A stretch of DNA of 64,000 nt from Savitreella phatthalungensis (taxonomy: Eukaryota). Within the stretch, counting starts at the first letter, position 1. Each line of letters starts with the position of its first letter. The translations under genes were made by a program, and so were the position numbers. Where the stretch lies: contig AP039690.1 of NCBI GenBank assembly GCA_051599415.1, positions 124,001 through 188,000 of the forward strand, in the 5' to 3' direction. Positions 1 through 11,572 of the stretch are shown in pieces. Below the pieces are notes generated by a model. It was not told the origin of the DNA, ran no database searches, and saw nothing but the letters and a program-made list of their open reading frames with translations.

Positions 1-20
1 TACCATATCCATCGACAATA

Positions 21-335
21 ATGGCACCTACAGCACGCTCAGGCTTGCCAATCGGCAAGGACCACGGTCACATCACAACCATCCACAAGGCTCCGGTCAA
101 GCCTTCGCGCAGAAAAGGTGCTCTCTCGAAGCGCTCTGCTTTCGTCCGTGACCTCGTCCGTGAGGTCTGCGGTCTCGCCCCTTACGAGCGTCGCACCATC
201 GAACTCCTCCGTGTCTCTCAGGACAAGCGCGCTCGCAAGCTCGTCAAGCGTCGTCTCGGTACCCACGGCCGTGCTCTCAAGAAGATCGACGAGCTCACCA
301 ACTACATGGCAGAGTCCAGGCGTGCAGGCCACTAA
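21..335 (+). CDS. RPL36: 60S ribosomal protein eL36
   Basis: Intronless 104-aa ORF with L36e motifs ([43 protein letters not shown]). Confidence 0.97.
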   Translation: MAPTARSGLPIGKDHGHITTIHKAPVKPSRRKGALSKRSAFVRDLVREVCGLAPYERRTIELLRVSQDKRARKLVKRRLGTHGRALKKIDELTNYMAESRRAGH

Positions 336-776
336 ACGGCCTACACCTAAAATCATGCCCTTGGCCTTTCGTCAGAAAGAAAATTTTGCAGCCGCTAGAT
401 CTACCTTCATCATTCTCTCTTCCTCATAAGCGGGGAAGCACACGACAAGGAAAGGAAATCACGGTGGAACAAGCTCCTTTTTCTCTGCTCGACAGAAGCC
501 AAAAACACTCTTTCTCTACGTCTAAATTCGCATCTCATGACTTGGCTCTCTTTCCCCCGTCATCCTGTGCTCGCGCGATACCTTTCTGCCTTGCCGTGTT
601 TGGACTACACAGTCAACGGACAGTGTTCAGAAGCTCATCATGCGCATGGCCTGTGACACAGCACTGTTGCACCATCACTGCTGACTGACCGAATATACTG
701 CAACTCTGCGCTCGCCACGTGACGCCCGACCGAAATCTTCTACATCCTGCTGTATACCTGTGTATGTTATGTGTGT

Positions 777-879
777 GACTCTGCTCAGATATACTCGTCA
801 CTTTTCATCACGGTTGCTACGAGAGATCTTGCCAACCTGAACCAAGATTCGACTCGTTCACAACCTCATCATGCGAGCC
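777..879 (-). ncRNA. candidate box C/D snoRNA
   Basis: Minus strand: C box ATGATGA (872-866), C' box GTGATGA (811-805), D box CTGA (788-785). The ends can pair (GGCTCGC / GC-A-GAGTC). No target identified. Confidence 0.35.
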
Positions 880-1256
880 GTGCATCCTGCCGCATACGTG
901 ATCCGGGACATTGCCCCATCAACCTGGATCAACCTCAAGATCTCGCGACTCTACATCAATTGAAGCACTCGTGCAGGTCACGGTACATCCTTGTCAATCT
1001 ATGGCTCAAGCATCATGTCCGGCGATCAGCCTCCGTGGTAGGGATCTGTTCTCTACTACACGAAGATCTCCATTGCATCTCCCTACCATTTGGCCACCGT
1101 ACCATGAGTGTTTGAGGTCACGTGTTTCTGAGAGAAATCTTTTTCTCACGCCCGAAATTACGAATTTTATCCTGAATATTGTGAATTCCACTGGCAAGCA
1201 CAGACTAACAGTGATCCAGTGAGAGACAGAGAGAGACAGAGAGAATTCCCTGAGCT

Positions 1257-1257
<1 letters not shown>

Positions 1258-1299
<42 letters not shown>
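1258..1299. repeat. (GCAA)n tetranucleotide microsatellite
   Basis: About 10 tandem GCAA units read directly. Confidence 0.95.
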
Positions 1300-1721
1300 T
1301 AGCGAGTAGGAAGGCCAGTAGTACGCGCAGGTCACCAATCGCACCGTGTCAGGGCTAGCTAGTGTGAGCGCTAGCACACAGTACAGGCTCACTGGGTGAG
1401 TGGTAGCACCTTCCGTGAGCTTGACTATCCTGGTGTAGCGAGGATTGAGTGTCTCTCTCATAGTCTCCATTACAAGTATATCTCTCGTCAACCGGATCCT
1501 GTAACACCGACAACCACTATACACAGCGTACGTATCAATCCTCTTCCGTGAGCAGTGCAGCGCAAGGTCAGACAGACGATTAAGAGGTTCAACGACAGTC
1601 TATATACCGCGCGACAATTCTCCAAGACCTCCAAGCGCGACAATCGTCAAATCTTCTTACTGCTGCTACGCACTGGCTCTCGTCTACTATTTGACGTTCG
1701 TTGCTAACTTCAGTCAGAATC

Positions 1722-2384
1722 ATGGGTCGCATGCACAGCAAGGGAAAGGGTATGAGCTCTTCAGCTCTGCCATACTCTCGTACACCTCCGTCTTGGTGCA
1801 AGGCGGACGCGTCTGAGGTGTCTGACCAGATCTTCAAGCTCGCTCGTAAGGGCTTGACCCCATCGCAGATCGGTGTCGTCCTCCGTGACTCCCACGGTGT
1901 CCCCCAGGTCCGCTTTGTCACCGGCAACAAGATTCTCCGAATCCTCAAGTCGAACGGTATGTCAACACCTCTCATGGTACCATGAGCTGGCACGCGCGAC
2001 ACCTGCAACTCCCACTCGACCCCCATATGCCTCTGCTCGGTGTCCCTTGCCTCCCAGAACAAGAGAACATCCCACTGACAGAGCGATTTTTTTATCAATA
2101 GGCCTTGCACCAGAGATCCCAGAAGACCTTTACCACCTGATCAAGAAGGCTGTCCAGGTCAGGAAGCACCTCGAGCGCAACCGCAAGGACAAGGACTCCA
2201 AGTTCCGCCTTATCTTGATCGAGTCGCGTATCCACCGTCTCGCTCGCTACTACCGTCGCGTCTCTGTCCTCCCTCCTACCTTCAAGTAGTACGTTTCCCC
2301 TTTGCACTTCCCAGAATCCCAACTCGCAAGCATACTAACACATTCTACAGCGAGTCGGCCACCGCTTCTACCCTCATCGCATAA
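1722..2384 (+). CDS. RPS13: 40S ribosomal protein uS15 (S13); exons 1722-1956, 2102-2288, 2351-2384
   Basis: [18 protein letters not shown]...[22 protein letters not shown]...[16 protein letters not shown]. Introns GTATGT..CTGAC..TAG (1957-2101) and GTACGT..CTAAC..CAG (2289-2350) keep the frame. Confidence 0.97.
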
Positions 2385-2617
2385 GGAATCATCGCTTGCG
2401 TCTCTCTCTGTTCGAGATGAGACACAACTTTCCTCGACACGCACACACACACAAAACTCAAGGTTATTTATAGCTTACGAACTTTTTTACAGAGTCGTCG
2501 ATCACCAGCAGGGCAGGGCATGTGTATGTCCATGTTCTGCTTAGGCGGTCGGCGTTCACCTGACTCAATGCATTTCGCTCCCACACTCACTCGTTCTCTC
2601 ACTCCTTCTCATGATTG

Positions 2618-3120
2618 TCAGTCCGTGCGGTGGATTAAAAGATGCTTTAGGAAGTCTTTGTGTCTTTGTAATGTGAGTGTGTCGTCTAGTTGGAAGAGGT
2701 TAGACCTCTATCATTATCGTTCTGTCATTTCGTTCCTTCGTTGTGGGAAGTTCTTGAGTGTCATCGGAAACACGGCTCACAAACACCGCTTCTCCCAACC
2801 CAATCATTCTCCCAAACGCTGTGGAACTCCTTAGCCTGCCTCTCCCTGTATCCCATCTTTCCCACCCCCTCCACCTCCCCTTCCACCACCGCCGCAGGCA
2901 CGTACTTCGACGCAGCGTTCAAGTACACACCGCCCACACCGACCACACCAGGAGGCCGCACGTGTGCCGCCCACCTCAAGAAATGCGTCAGAAATGGCTG
3001 TAAGGTGGAGGTCAAGTAGGCTCTGCCGTCGAGTTTGAATAGATCAGTGACTCCGTCGTCGTCTGCCATCGGAGCGTCGCGAGAGGGCGCTTGAAGGTCC
3101 TGGGCTGTGGGTTCGGCCAT
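2618..3120 (-). CDS. hypothetical protein, ~135 aa; exons 3120-2781, 2685-2618
   Basis: ATG at 3120 (MAEPTAQDLQ...). Intron GTGAGC..CTAAC..TAG (2780-2686) gives the in-frame end GVYDTLTLQRHKDFLKHLLIHRTD*. Family not recognised. Confidence 0.7.
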
Positions 3121-3264
3121 GGTGGTCAAGGTGGTTGTCGGAGATGGAGAGGAGGTCGTGTCAAAAAAATAAGGTGGAGGGGGAATACGTCGACGGCTCC
3201 ACACGTGTGAGAAGAGAGAGACAAAATGGATGCACAAAGGACTATGGAAAAATCGTACTAGCTT

Positions 3265-4599
3265 CTACTCGCGGATGATGATCGAAGCCATACCCTTGTT
3301 AACATGTCAGTGGTCAATTCGTTTAGGAGAAGGTGAGAAAGCTTACCATGCCGGTACCAACACACATGCTCGTGCAGAGGACGCGCTTGTTGGACCGTCT
3401 GAGCTCAGCGATACCTGTGGCAATCTGCCTTGCGCCAGTGGCGCCAAGTGGGTGACCTAGGGCGATTGCGCCGCCATTCGGGTTGACCTTGTCGAGTGGG
3501 CTTTTGGATGAGTGTCAGTTTAGGTACGGGGAGGAGGAGGATCGGGGGATTTTTTGGGGACTTACATGTTGAGGGCACGGAGGGAGTAGAGTGCTTGGGA
3601 GGCAAAGGCCTCGTTGACTTCGAAAATGTCGACGTCGTCGATCGTCATGCCTGCCTTCTTGAGTGCCTTGGGGATCGCGACGGCCGGTCCGATGCCCATG
3701 ATGTCTGGGTCGACGCCGACCGAGACGGCGGTCACCCACCTCGCGAGGATCGGCACGCCGAGCTCGAGCGCCTTCGACCTCCGCATCAGCAGCACACCGG
3801 CTGCGCCGTCGGTGATCTGAGACGAGTTGCCACCAGTCGAATACCCGTTGCCCCACTGAGGGAACGCAGGCTTCACCTTGGCCAGCGAAGCAGCAGTCGT
3901 ACCAGGACGCACGCCTTCGTCCTGCGTCACCGTGATCGTTCGCCCGTTCCCTTCCTTGTCCTTCACAACAGTCGTCACCGGCACAATCTCAGCCTGGAAT
4001 CTACCCTCACGCATCGCAGCCTCAGCCTTCTGGAAGCTCGAGGCAGCAAAGGCGTCCTGGTCCTGTCGACCGACGTCGAATCGCTGAGCGACGTTCTCTG
4101 ACGTCCATCCCATCGGCATTGTGCAGTCCTTTGCCTTGGGTGAGGCTTCCAGGATGTCCTGTGAGATCTTCGAGGGTGCGCGGTTTGGCGATCCGGACAT
4201 GGATTCGGCGCCGATCGCAAGACCGATGTCGATCTCGCCGGCCTTGATCTGGTTGGCGATCTGCTGGGTGGCCAGAAGGCCAGACGAGCACCATCGGTCG
4301 ATGATGTGGAGTGACGTTGTCGATGGGAATCCCGCAGCGAGCGAGGCTGCACGAGCGGCGTACGCCAGGTTAGACGCCTCGAGCACGTTGCCTACACAGA
4401 TGTCTTCGACCAGGGAAGGGTCGACGCCAGAGCGACCGACGATGTGCTTCATGATCGCAAGCACCAGCATGTCCACTGGCGTGTCCTTGAACGATCCCTT
4501 GAAACCCTTGCCGAGAGGCGTTCGGACGGCCATGGTGATGACGACATCGTCAGCGCTGCCGGTGATGTGCGATGCGATCTGCTTGAGTCTGTTGGTCAT
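3265..4599 (-). CDS. POT1: peroxisomal 3-ketoacyl-CoA thiolase; exons 4599-3566, 3500-3347, 3294-3265
   Basis: PTS2-like RLKQIASHI and catalytic CSSGL and NEAF motifs. The spliced exons restore VNPNGGAIALGHPLGATG and MCVGTGMG. Introns GTAAGT..AAG and GTAAGC..AAG. Confidence 0.93.
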
Positions 4600-4902
4600 C
4601 TTGTAGTCGGGGTGATTTTCAGGAAGCTTGAGCGTGTTCTTTTGATGTCGTCGTCACTCTGACTTTCTCCATACGAATTGTATCCCCCACAGCAAATTCG
4701 GCAGACGCCGGCACCCGGAAATCTCAGGACAAATTATTCCTCGGCCAACAGGTGGCGTTGATCCAGTATTCACAGACACTGAAGATGTTATCCACGACAA
4801 GAGTCACTTTGCCTTCTTAGATGCGAGATCAATTGAATACTAGAATCGTGATGCAGGTCGTGAGTTCATTAGGATAAGATCGTGATGGTGCAGAGATAGT
4901 CT

Positions 4903-6759
4903 TCAGTCTTGTTCGAGGAATCTGCGCTCGGCGCCGATGACCGGGGAGTATTCGAAATTGTCCAGTCGCTTGCGCAACCAGATGCGCGTCTCGGGGTCGA
5001 TGTCGACTGTGTCGCGTAGGGCAAGGACCTTGAGATTCGGCAGGGCGACAAGGAGAGCGACAAGGAGACTCGGACTTGACAGGGCGCAATGCTCTAGCTG
5101 GAGCCGCCGTAGTTTCCCCAGGAAGCCCTGTCGTGCACGATCCAACATCGCGTTGAGCAGGGTCAGGACAGATGATTCGTGGGTAAGAGCTGAGATACTG
5201 ATCTCGACACTGTGTTGTAAGCGGCTCAGCGCCTGTAGGAGAGTGTGCAGGTTGGCTTGATCTGTGCCTTGTGTGTCAACCGGGCGGAATGTGAGAGTAA
5301 TGGACTCAAGCATCGATGCCGACTTCAGGAAGCTTGCCTGGAGGGCTGTGCTCGGGATATTGGCGACAAGCTGGCGTAATTGACACCCGTCGGGCGCAGT
5401 TAGGACATGGTTTCCGTCAAACGTAGTTGCAAGTGCAAAGTAGTGAAGCGATTGCAGTTGCTCTGGAACGATCAGAGTGGATTGTGCATGGTTCTGATGC
5501 ATGCGAAGGCCTTTGAGATTCGACGGCCACTCGAACGCTCCAATATCAGGAATCCAGCCACTCAGTTCGAGACGTTCAACGTTCGGACAATACCAGCACC
5601 GCTCGAAAAGTAGCGGCTCGAAGACGGCGGCGCTCTCTCTTTCGGAGTCGATTCGTAGTGCAAAAGATTTGAGCGCAGGATTGGCTGTGAGCTGTCGTAT
5701 CGCGCTCGAAGTCCCGTCACGCTCTCGATTGACTCTCCCAATCGTGTCACCGGCGACAGCGAGACACAGTGCGCAAAGAGGACGGCCCTGAATAGCTTTG
5801 AGAATCTTCATGATGTCGTCAACGTTGCGGACGGTCAGACTGCGGAGATGCGGAAGCTGAGCGAGCATACTCGATAGCCCGAGAAAATCGTAGAGACAAA
5901 GAGTGGTCAAATGATTTGGCAAACCGTTGGCCATCCAGCTAATGAGGCAGCTCTTATAGCCATTCTCTGAGACTTTGTATTCCTGCGGCGATGCGAGATA
6001 GAGGTGGTGAAGTGATTTAAAGCGCTTGGCAATCGCCATCAATGCCATCTCAGACTGAGGCCAGCGCTGGCGAGTCTTTACCGCTTGGCCTGGGGTGTCG
6101 CGTATGAGCACTAGAGTTCTGCACATGGTCGACAAGGTGGCGCACCAACGCCGACTGACGGTCAGCAGTCTCATGCGTTCTCCTGCCGAGAGAAAGGCGA
6201 AAACGTCATCAAGTAATTCAGGTGGCAGCTTGTCCACGGGGTCGACACGTGGAGCTGCCTGTAGTAATCGCCGTTCTAAAGCAGTGCAGAGCTTCTCGAG
6301 CAAAGGACGAAGTCTGTCATACTTGGTCACCCGCTGAATACCACGCCTGTACGTCTGCAGGGCTTTGTCATCCTGCCGGACGAGCTGCTGTATTTTGGCG
6401 AGCCGCAGCCATCCCTGGAGAGAGAAGGGTCAATAATCCGGACTTGCTATCGGGGGCTTTTCAGGAGTGGACCTACTCTGGCATCTGTGTGATCGAGTTC
6501 GATCATCCGCCGTGCATCGCTTGCAGCAGCTTTGAACTGCTGAAGCTTTTCGTAGCATTGTGCCCTGCCGTCGAGCAGGGAGATCTCAGGAGCTGATCGT
6601 GCTACGCTGACTGCCTTGGTTGGAATCGAATGTCAGCCTGGGTCACGTCGGGTGAAGGGGGGTAGAAGTGCATTGCCATACCTTGTCATAGGCGCGAAGA
6701 GCAGCGTCATAGTCCCCAGCTTTTGCCAGACGCTTTGCCTGGCTCGCCAGGGATTCCAT
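4903..6759 (-). CDS. TPR + F-box + LRR protein (Pof3/Dia2-like), ~575 aa; exons 6759-6682, 6614-6477, 6414-4903
   Basis: Two upstream exons add TPR helices (MESLASQAKRLAKAGDYDAALRAYDK|AVS..SLLDGRAQCYEKL..DARRMIELDHTDAR|GWLRLAKI), followed by an F-box (DPVDKLPPELLDDVFAFLS) and LRR-like repeats. Confidence 0.85.
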
Positions 6760-6808
6760 GGAGACAATGAGAATCTTTCTTCAACGTAACAACACCATCT
6801 GGCGGTAC

Positions 6809-6830
6809 ACGCGTCTCTAGAACGCGTCTC
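6809..6830. promoter_or_regulatory. two MCB-type ACGCGT elements upstream of the Pof3/Dia2-like gene
   Basis: ACGCGTCTC at 6809 and again at 6822, 50-70 bp upstream of the ATG at 6759. Confidence 0.55.
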
Positions 6831-7084
6831 CTGAAATGGTGAATTTGAATTTAGATAGAAGGACGTCATAAGGAGAAGTAGAAATATTTCTATTTACGTA
6901 CGAATGCATACACATTGGCATCGGAGGATTTTATAAGGTAGGATCCAGGGAGATAAGAGCAGGACGCGGGCACTCGATGTGGGATATTTTTATAATAGTC
7001 CATTAGAGAAGGAATCTTTTGAACGAGAGCGATCGGGAACTGTACGTCCATATCTACACTCTGAGTGGACTGACCAGGTATGAT

Positions 7085-7555
7085 TCATCTCTTGGCTGCC
7101 GTGTTGGTGTCTGCGAGTGCCTGCCTCCTGTCTTCGGGCAGCTCATCGTCGTATGATTCTGCATCTTCAGGGATGACAACCCATGGCTGCTTTTCTGCTG
7201 TCATGATGTGGAAGCGAGGGACGATGCGTGTACTCTGGTCGAGAGTTGCGCCGCGCAGGGAGATTTGGTCTTTTGGGCGATCGTCTCTGAAGGAATAAAT
7301 CCGAGTCATGCATCGATCACAGAATCGTTGGATCGAGGTGAAATTTGATTCTCTTGGGAAGATGAAGTCTCTGAATGGTCCGTTGTTCTGGGTGTCTAGG
7401 TGGAAGCGATCGAGTGGTATTGGCATCTGGAGAACTGCGATGGAGCCTGTCATGGTCTGACAATATGAGCAATGACATGCATAGCTGTCTGGGAGATCTG
7501 CGTAGTCGATCGTGTACCGTAGATTTCCACACCGGCAACCTCCGTGGAGGACCAT
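7085..7555 (-). CDS. GFA/CENP-V (Mss4-like) zinc-binding family protein
   Basis: GGCRCG..RY, YACHCSYCQ, RFCDRC and HIMTAEKQPW pattern; intronless. Confidence 0.88.
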   Translation of the reverse strand: MVLHGGCRCGNLRYTIDYADLPDSYACHCSYCQTMTGSIAVLQMPIPLDRFHLDTQNNGPFRDFIFPRESNFTSIQRFCDRCMTRIYSFRDDRPKDQISLRGATLDQSTRIVPRFHIMTAEKQPWVVIPEDAESYDDELPEDRRQALADTNTAAKR

Positions 7556-8804
7556 CTCTGTGGATGATTATAGGTGGAGCTATATAAGTTGGATATGGAA
7601 GGAGAGCAGCAAAGCTCGAACGGAATTTGAGTTGGAAGTTATGGGAGAAGGGGTGCGTGCTGTTTGAGTGTAAGTGTGAGCGTCAAACGTTGAACGTGCG
7701 TGTGAGTGTGTGTGTGTATATCAGGTTCAAGCCAATCGAGTCATGTGAATGGTGTCTTGTTTGGATGGATGGATGGGGTAAACTGTCCGTCCGTACGTAC
7801 GTGAATATGGATATCTGACGCTGACCTGGTCTGTGATTTGACATCATATGTGATTTGATCTGAATCTGATTTGGTCTAGTGGAATCTCGATAGAATCTAT
7901 CTTCTAGATATGACGCAAAAGTAAATGGAAACGAGCGAGTGAATGCAAGCGCGCGCCAAGCAAATGATCCAATGCTTTAGAACGAGCCACTGGTCACAGG
8001 GCGGAACAAGGCAGACTCCTCAATGAGTCAAACGGATTTCTTACCTATTGCTGTTTGTTGAAGAATAAGAAAGTTGAAAAGCGCACTGAATTGCTGTTAC
8101 CGCCGCACAAGCCCTTGCAAGCCGGAGAATTTTCATGACGATGGTGAAAATGATAACGTAGATCAATAATCTGATGCATCTCCAAGGATGATGAACCTCA
8201 TTCCCCGCGAAAGAAGTACGGTGTTTGTGAGGAATGCACGCTAGTCATCTTCGAGTCATTGGGTTGCAGAATCAATTAATGCAGATAGTAACCCTTGGGA
8301 AGATTGCTCCAAGCCTACCCACAACTACGATTCCAGGTCTTCAACGGCAGAAAATTGATGACGACCGAGCTTAAACTTCGGTGTGAATGTGCATTTGAGG
8401 ACTTATTCACTGGACAAGACAGGCTCAACGCAAATTTTAATCTTCCAAGCTGCTACCTAATCAGCTCTCAATAGATACACCTGGCTGGGTGTAGCAGCAT
8501 TGTGAAATTTCTTGCACGTGCATGAAACTGCATACTGCATACCAAATTCAACCAAATATATACGAAAGGTTTTACAATAATATTTATATGCTCATAATGA
8601 ATTGATTGGGTCTGGTTGAAAAGTATGTATATCAGCTCGGATTCAATATCAATCAGATATTTTATTTCGTGAATAAGTATTTTATTTCATATGTGCACCG
8701 GATGCATCATCAGCCTGCCTGCCACACTCGGGAGTGGGCCCTCAGTGAATCACTGAATCAGTGAATCAGTACTTGCTGGAGTGATGCTGCATCCACATGC
8801 ATCC

Positions 8805-8808
8805 ACAC

Positions 8809-8841
<33 letters not shown>

Positions 8842-8995
8842 GAGAGTGTGTAGAGTGAGAGTAACTTGGGGAGGAAGGAAATCCGAATCCGAATGACGAA
8901 GCCGAACACACACACTCACACACACGCACACACACACTCTCTCTCTACACACACTCTACACACCAACAGACCCTGACTATCTCTCTCTCTCTACA
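8805..8995. repeat. compound (AG)n/(CA)n/(CT)n microsatellite region
   Basis: Dinucleotide runs read directly upstream of CDC55. Confidence 0.85.
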
Positions 8996-9540
8996 CCACC
9001 TAGTCCATACGCTACTCTCCACAATCCTCCTAACACTACTGTCTCTCTCCTCTTCTACCAGCAACACCCCTCCTGCTCCAGGATCACGTAGGCTGATCGT
9101 ACCTTGCTCTTCTTTACTCTGGACGAATCCTCCGAATATATACATCATCAACCCTATCAGCGACCTCTCAGACTCACTCTGAACTCCTGAGACGTACTGC
9201 GCAACAGTCTGCATCCATTCACCACCACTCCGCGTCTGACCTGGCTCACCCTTGATACTCCTTTCACCGGTCACAGGAAACTTCCTCGTCTCCCCTGCTC
9301 GTCTCTCATACCCGACCTGGATTCTCCTTCACTATCCCTGCCCCTCGAATCTGACGTCAGGCAACTTCCACGCGTCAACATCTCACGCAACCACCCTGGA
9401 ACATCATCATCATCTTCTACTTCACGTATTTCAACGCTGCTCGCGCCCATCATACCATAGACGTTTGCTACTGCTCCACAGCACACCACCGAGCTGACGA
9501 CAGCTAACCACAACACGCTTGAAACCCCCTCTCCGTCAAG

Positions 9541-10998
9541 ATGGTGGACGAGAATCGCGGAGCATGGAAGTTTGCCCAGTGCTTCGGCGATAAAGGCGAC
9601 GTAGAGGACATCACCGAGGCAGACATCATCTCTACCGTCGAATTCGACGGCACGGGCGACTATCTCGCATCTGGAGACAAGGGCGGCCGCGTCGTCCTGT
9701 TTGAGCGCAACCACAGCAAGAAGGGATGCGAGTACAAATTCTATACAGAGTTTCAGTCACACGAGCCAGAGTTTGACTACCTCAAGTCTCTTGAGATTGA
9801 GGAGAAGATCAACAAGATCAAGTGGTGTCGGCGACAGAACAGCGCACACTTCCTCCTCAGCACCAATGACAAGACGATCAAGCTATGGAAGGTGTTTGAG
9901 AAGTCACTCAAGGTCGTGGCAGAAAACAACCTGAGCGATGGCTATCGCGGCAACGGCGGTGCACCTGCAGGCGGCGCCACCAACACCTCAACATCCACAG
10001 GCTCGGGCTCAGGCTCACTATCGATCGCAGACGCACCACGGATCACCTCACCAGATGCACTTCGGCTACCTCGCATGACACATCACGACACCATCGTCGC
10101 CAGCGTGCCCAGGCGCATCTACTCCAATGCCCACCAGTACCATATCAACTCGATCAGCGTCAATAGCGACGGCGAGACATATATTTCAGCAGACGACTTG
10201 CGGATCAACCTCTGGAACCTCGGCATCCAGGACCGCTCGTTCAACATTGTCGACATCAAGCCTGTCAATATGGAGGAACTCACCGAGGTCATCACTGCAG
10301 CGGAGTTCCATCCGACTCACTGCAACCAGCTCATCTACTCGTCCTCCAAGGGCACGATCAAGCTTGCAGACATGCGCGAGTCCGCCCTGTGCGACGTGCA
10401 CGCAAAGATGTTTGAGGAAGAGGAAGACGTCGTCAACAAGTCCTTCTTCTCAGAGATCATCTCCTCCATCTCGGACGTACGGTTCTCGAGGGACGGCCGG
10501 TATATCCTCTCCCGGGACTACTTGACACTCAAGATCTGGGACGTCAACATGGAGACTCGCCCTGTGAAGACGATCAACCTGCACGACGCATTGAAGAACA
10601 AGCTGTGTGATCTGTACGAGAACGACTGCATTTTCGACAAGTTCGAGTGCACGTTCTCCGGCGACGGCAAGCACGTTCTCTCAGGCTCCTATGGCAACAA
10701 CTTCATGGTCTACCCTGCCGACACTGCCGGCCAGTCATCCAACGACGACGACGCACCGGTCCTTCTCCAGGCAGACAAGTCCGCGTTCAAGGCGAAGAAG
10801 AACCTCGACAAGCGCAACAAAAACGGCAACAACCGCGGCATGTCTCCAGCGCCAAAGAACGGCGCACCGAAAGACATCCAGCTCGATGCAGACAAGATGG
10901 ACTTTTCAAAGAAGATCCTCCACTCGTCCTGGCACCCGCGTGAAGACTCGATCGCCATCGCAGCCACCAACAACCTCTTTGTCTTCTCGACCTTGTAA
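9541..10998 (+). CDS. CDC55: PP2A regulatory subunit B55 (Cdc55/Pab1)
   Basis: [61 protein letters not shown]. Confidence 0.98.
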   Translation: MVDENRGAWKFAQCFGDKGDVEDITEADIISTVEFDGTGDYLASGDKGGRVVLFERNHSKKGCEYKFYTEFQSHEPEFDYLKSLEIEEKINKIKWCRRQNSAHFLLSTNDKTIKLWKVFEKSLKVVAENNLSDGYRGNGGAPAGGATNTSTSTGSGSGSLSIADAPRITSPDALRLPRMTHHDTIVASVPRRIYSNAHQYHINSISVNSDGETYISADDLRINLWNLGIQDRSFNIVDIKPVNMEELTEVITAAEFHPTHCNQLIYSSSKGTIKLADMRESALCDVHAKMFEEEEDVVNKSFFSEIISSISDVRFSRDGRYILSRDYLTLKIWDVNMETRPVKTINLHDALKNKLCDLYENDCIFDKFECTFSGDGKHVLSGSYGNNFMVYPADTAGQSSNDDDAPVLLQADKSAFKAKKNLDKRNKNGNNRGMSPAPKNGAPKDIQLDADKMDFSKKILHSSWHPREDSIAIAATNNLFVFSTL

Positions 10999-11572
10999 GG
11001 AGAGGGGTGGAACAGCTATCGAGCGAGCAAGCGAGCAAACGAGCGAGCGAGTGAATGTACAGGCGCAGTAGCAGTACTCTTGATCTCCTTTTAGAGTTCC
11101 CGTTCCCCCTCTCTCGTCTCATCTCTCTACACACAACCACACGTAAACGCACTGTCCTACAGATGAAAGCCTCCCCCAAACCCAGACTAGCACAATACAC
11201 TACTACTACTACTATTGCATTGGTCGTCGACATGAACGTACCTCCCTTTGTGTTGAATTCCCGAATCCGACAAACGTGCATCTTCAACATATTCTGACCG
11301 GCGTGGAAGAAGGTGGCGACTACAGCCATGAATTCATTTTTTCTCAGGTCGATCGCTCTATCCTTACACAAGTTAACAGTAACAGTGTATCTCCACTGAC
11401 ACTGTAGAGATGACGCCAGCTGTGAATGATCGTCAGGAATCGATCGGACCATAGCACGAAATCATCATGATTGAAACCATTAACCATCGAATCGATTCAT
11501 GAAATTCGTTGGCGCTACGTTGGGGTCATGGTTGGTGCTCTATGGAGGGGATTGCACCAGTTTGGTCGGGAT

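Noticed and set aside
933..981. Resemblance to the RPL36 3' end (STRAGH vs SRRAGH)
   Set aside because: Only about 12 nt match well; compatible with chance.
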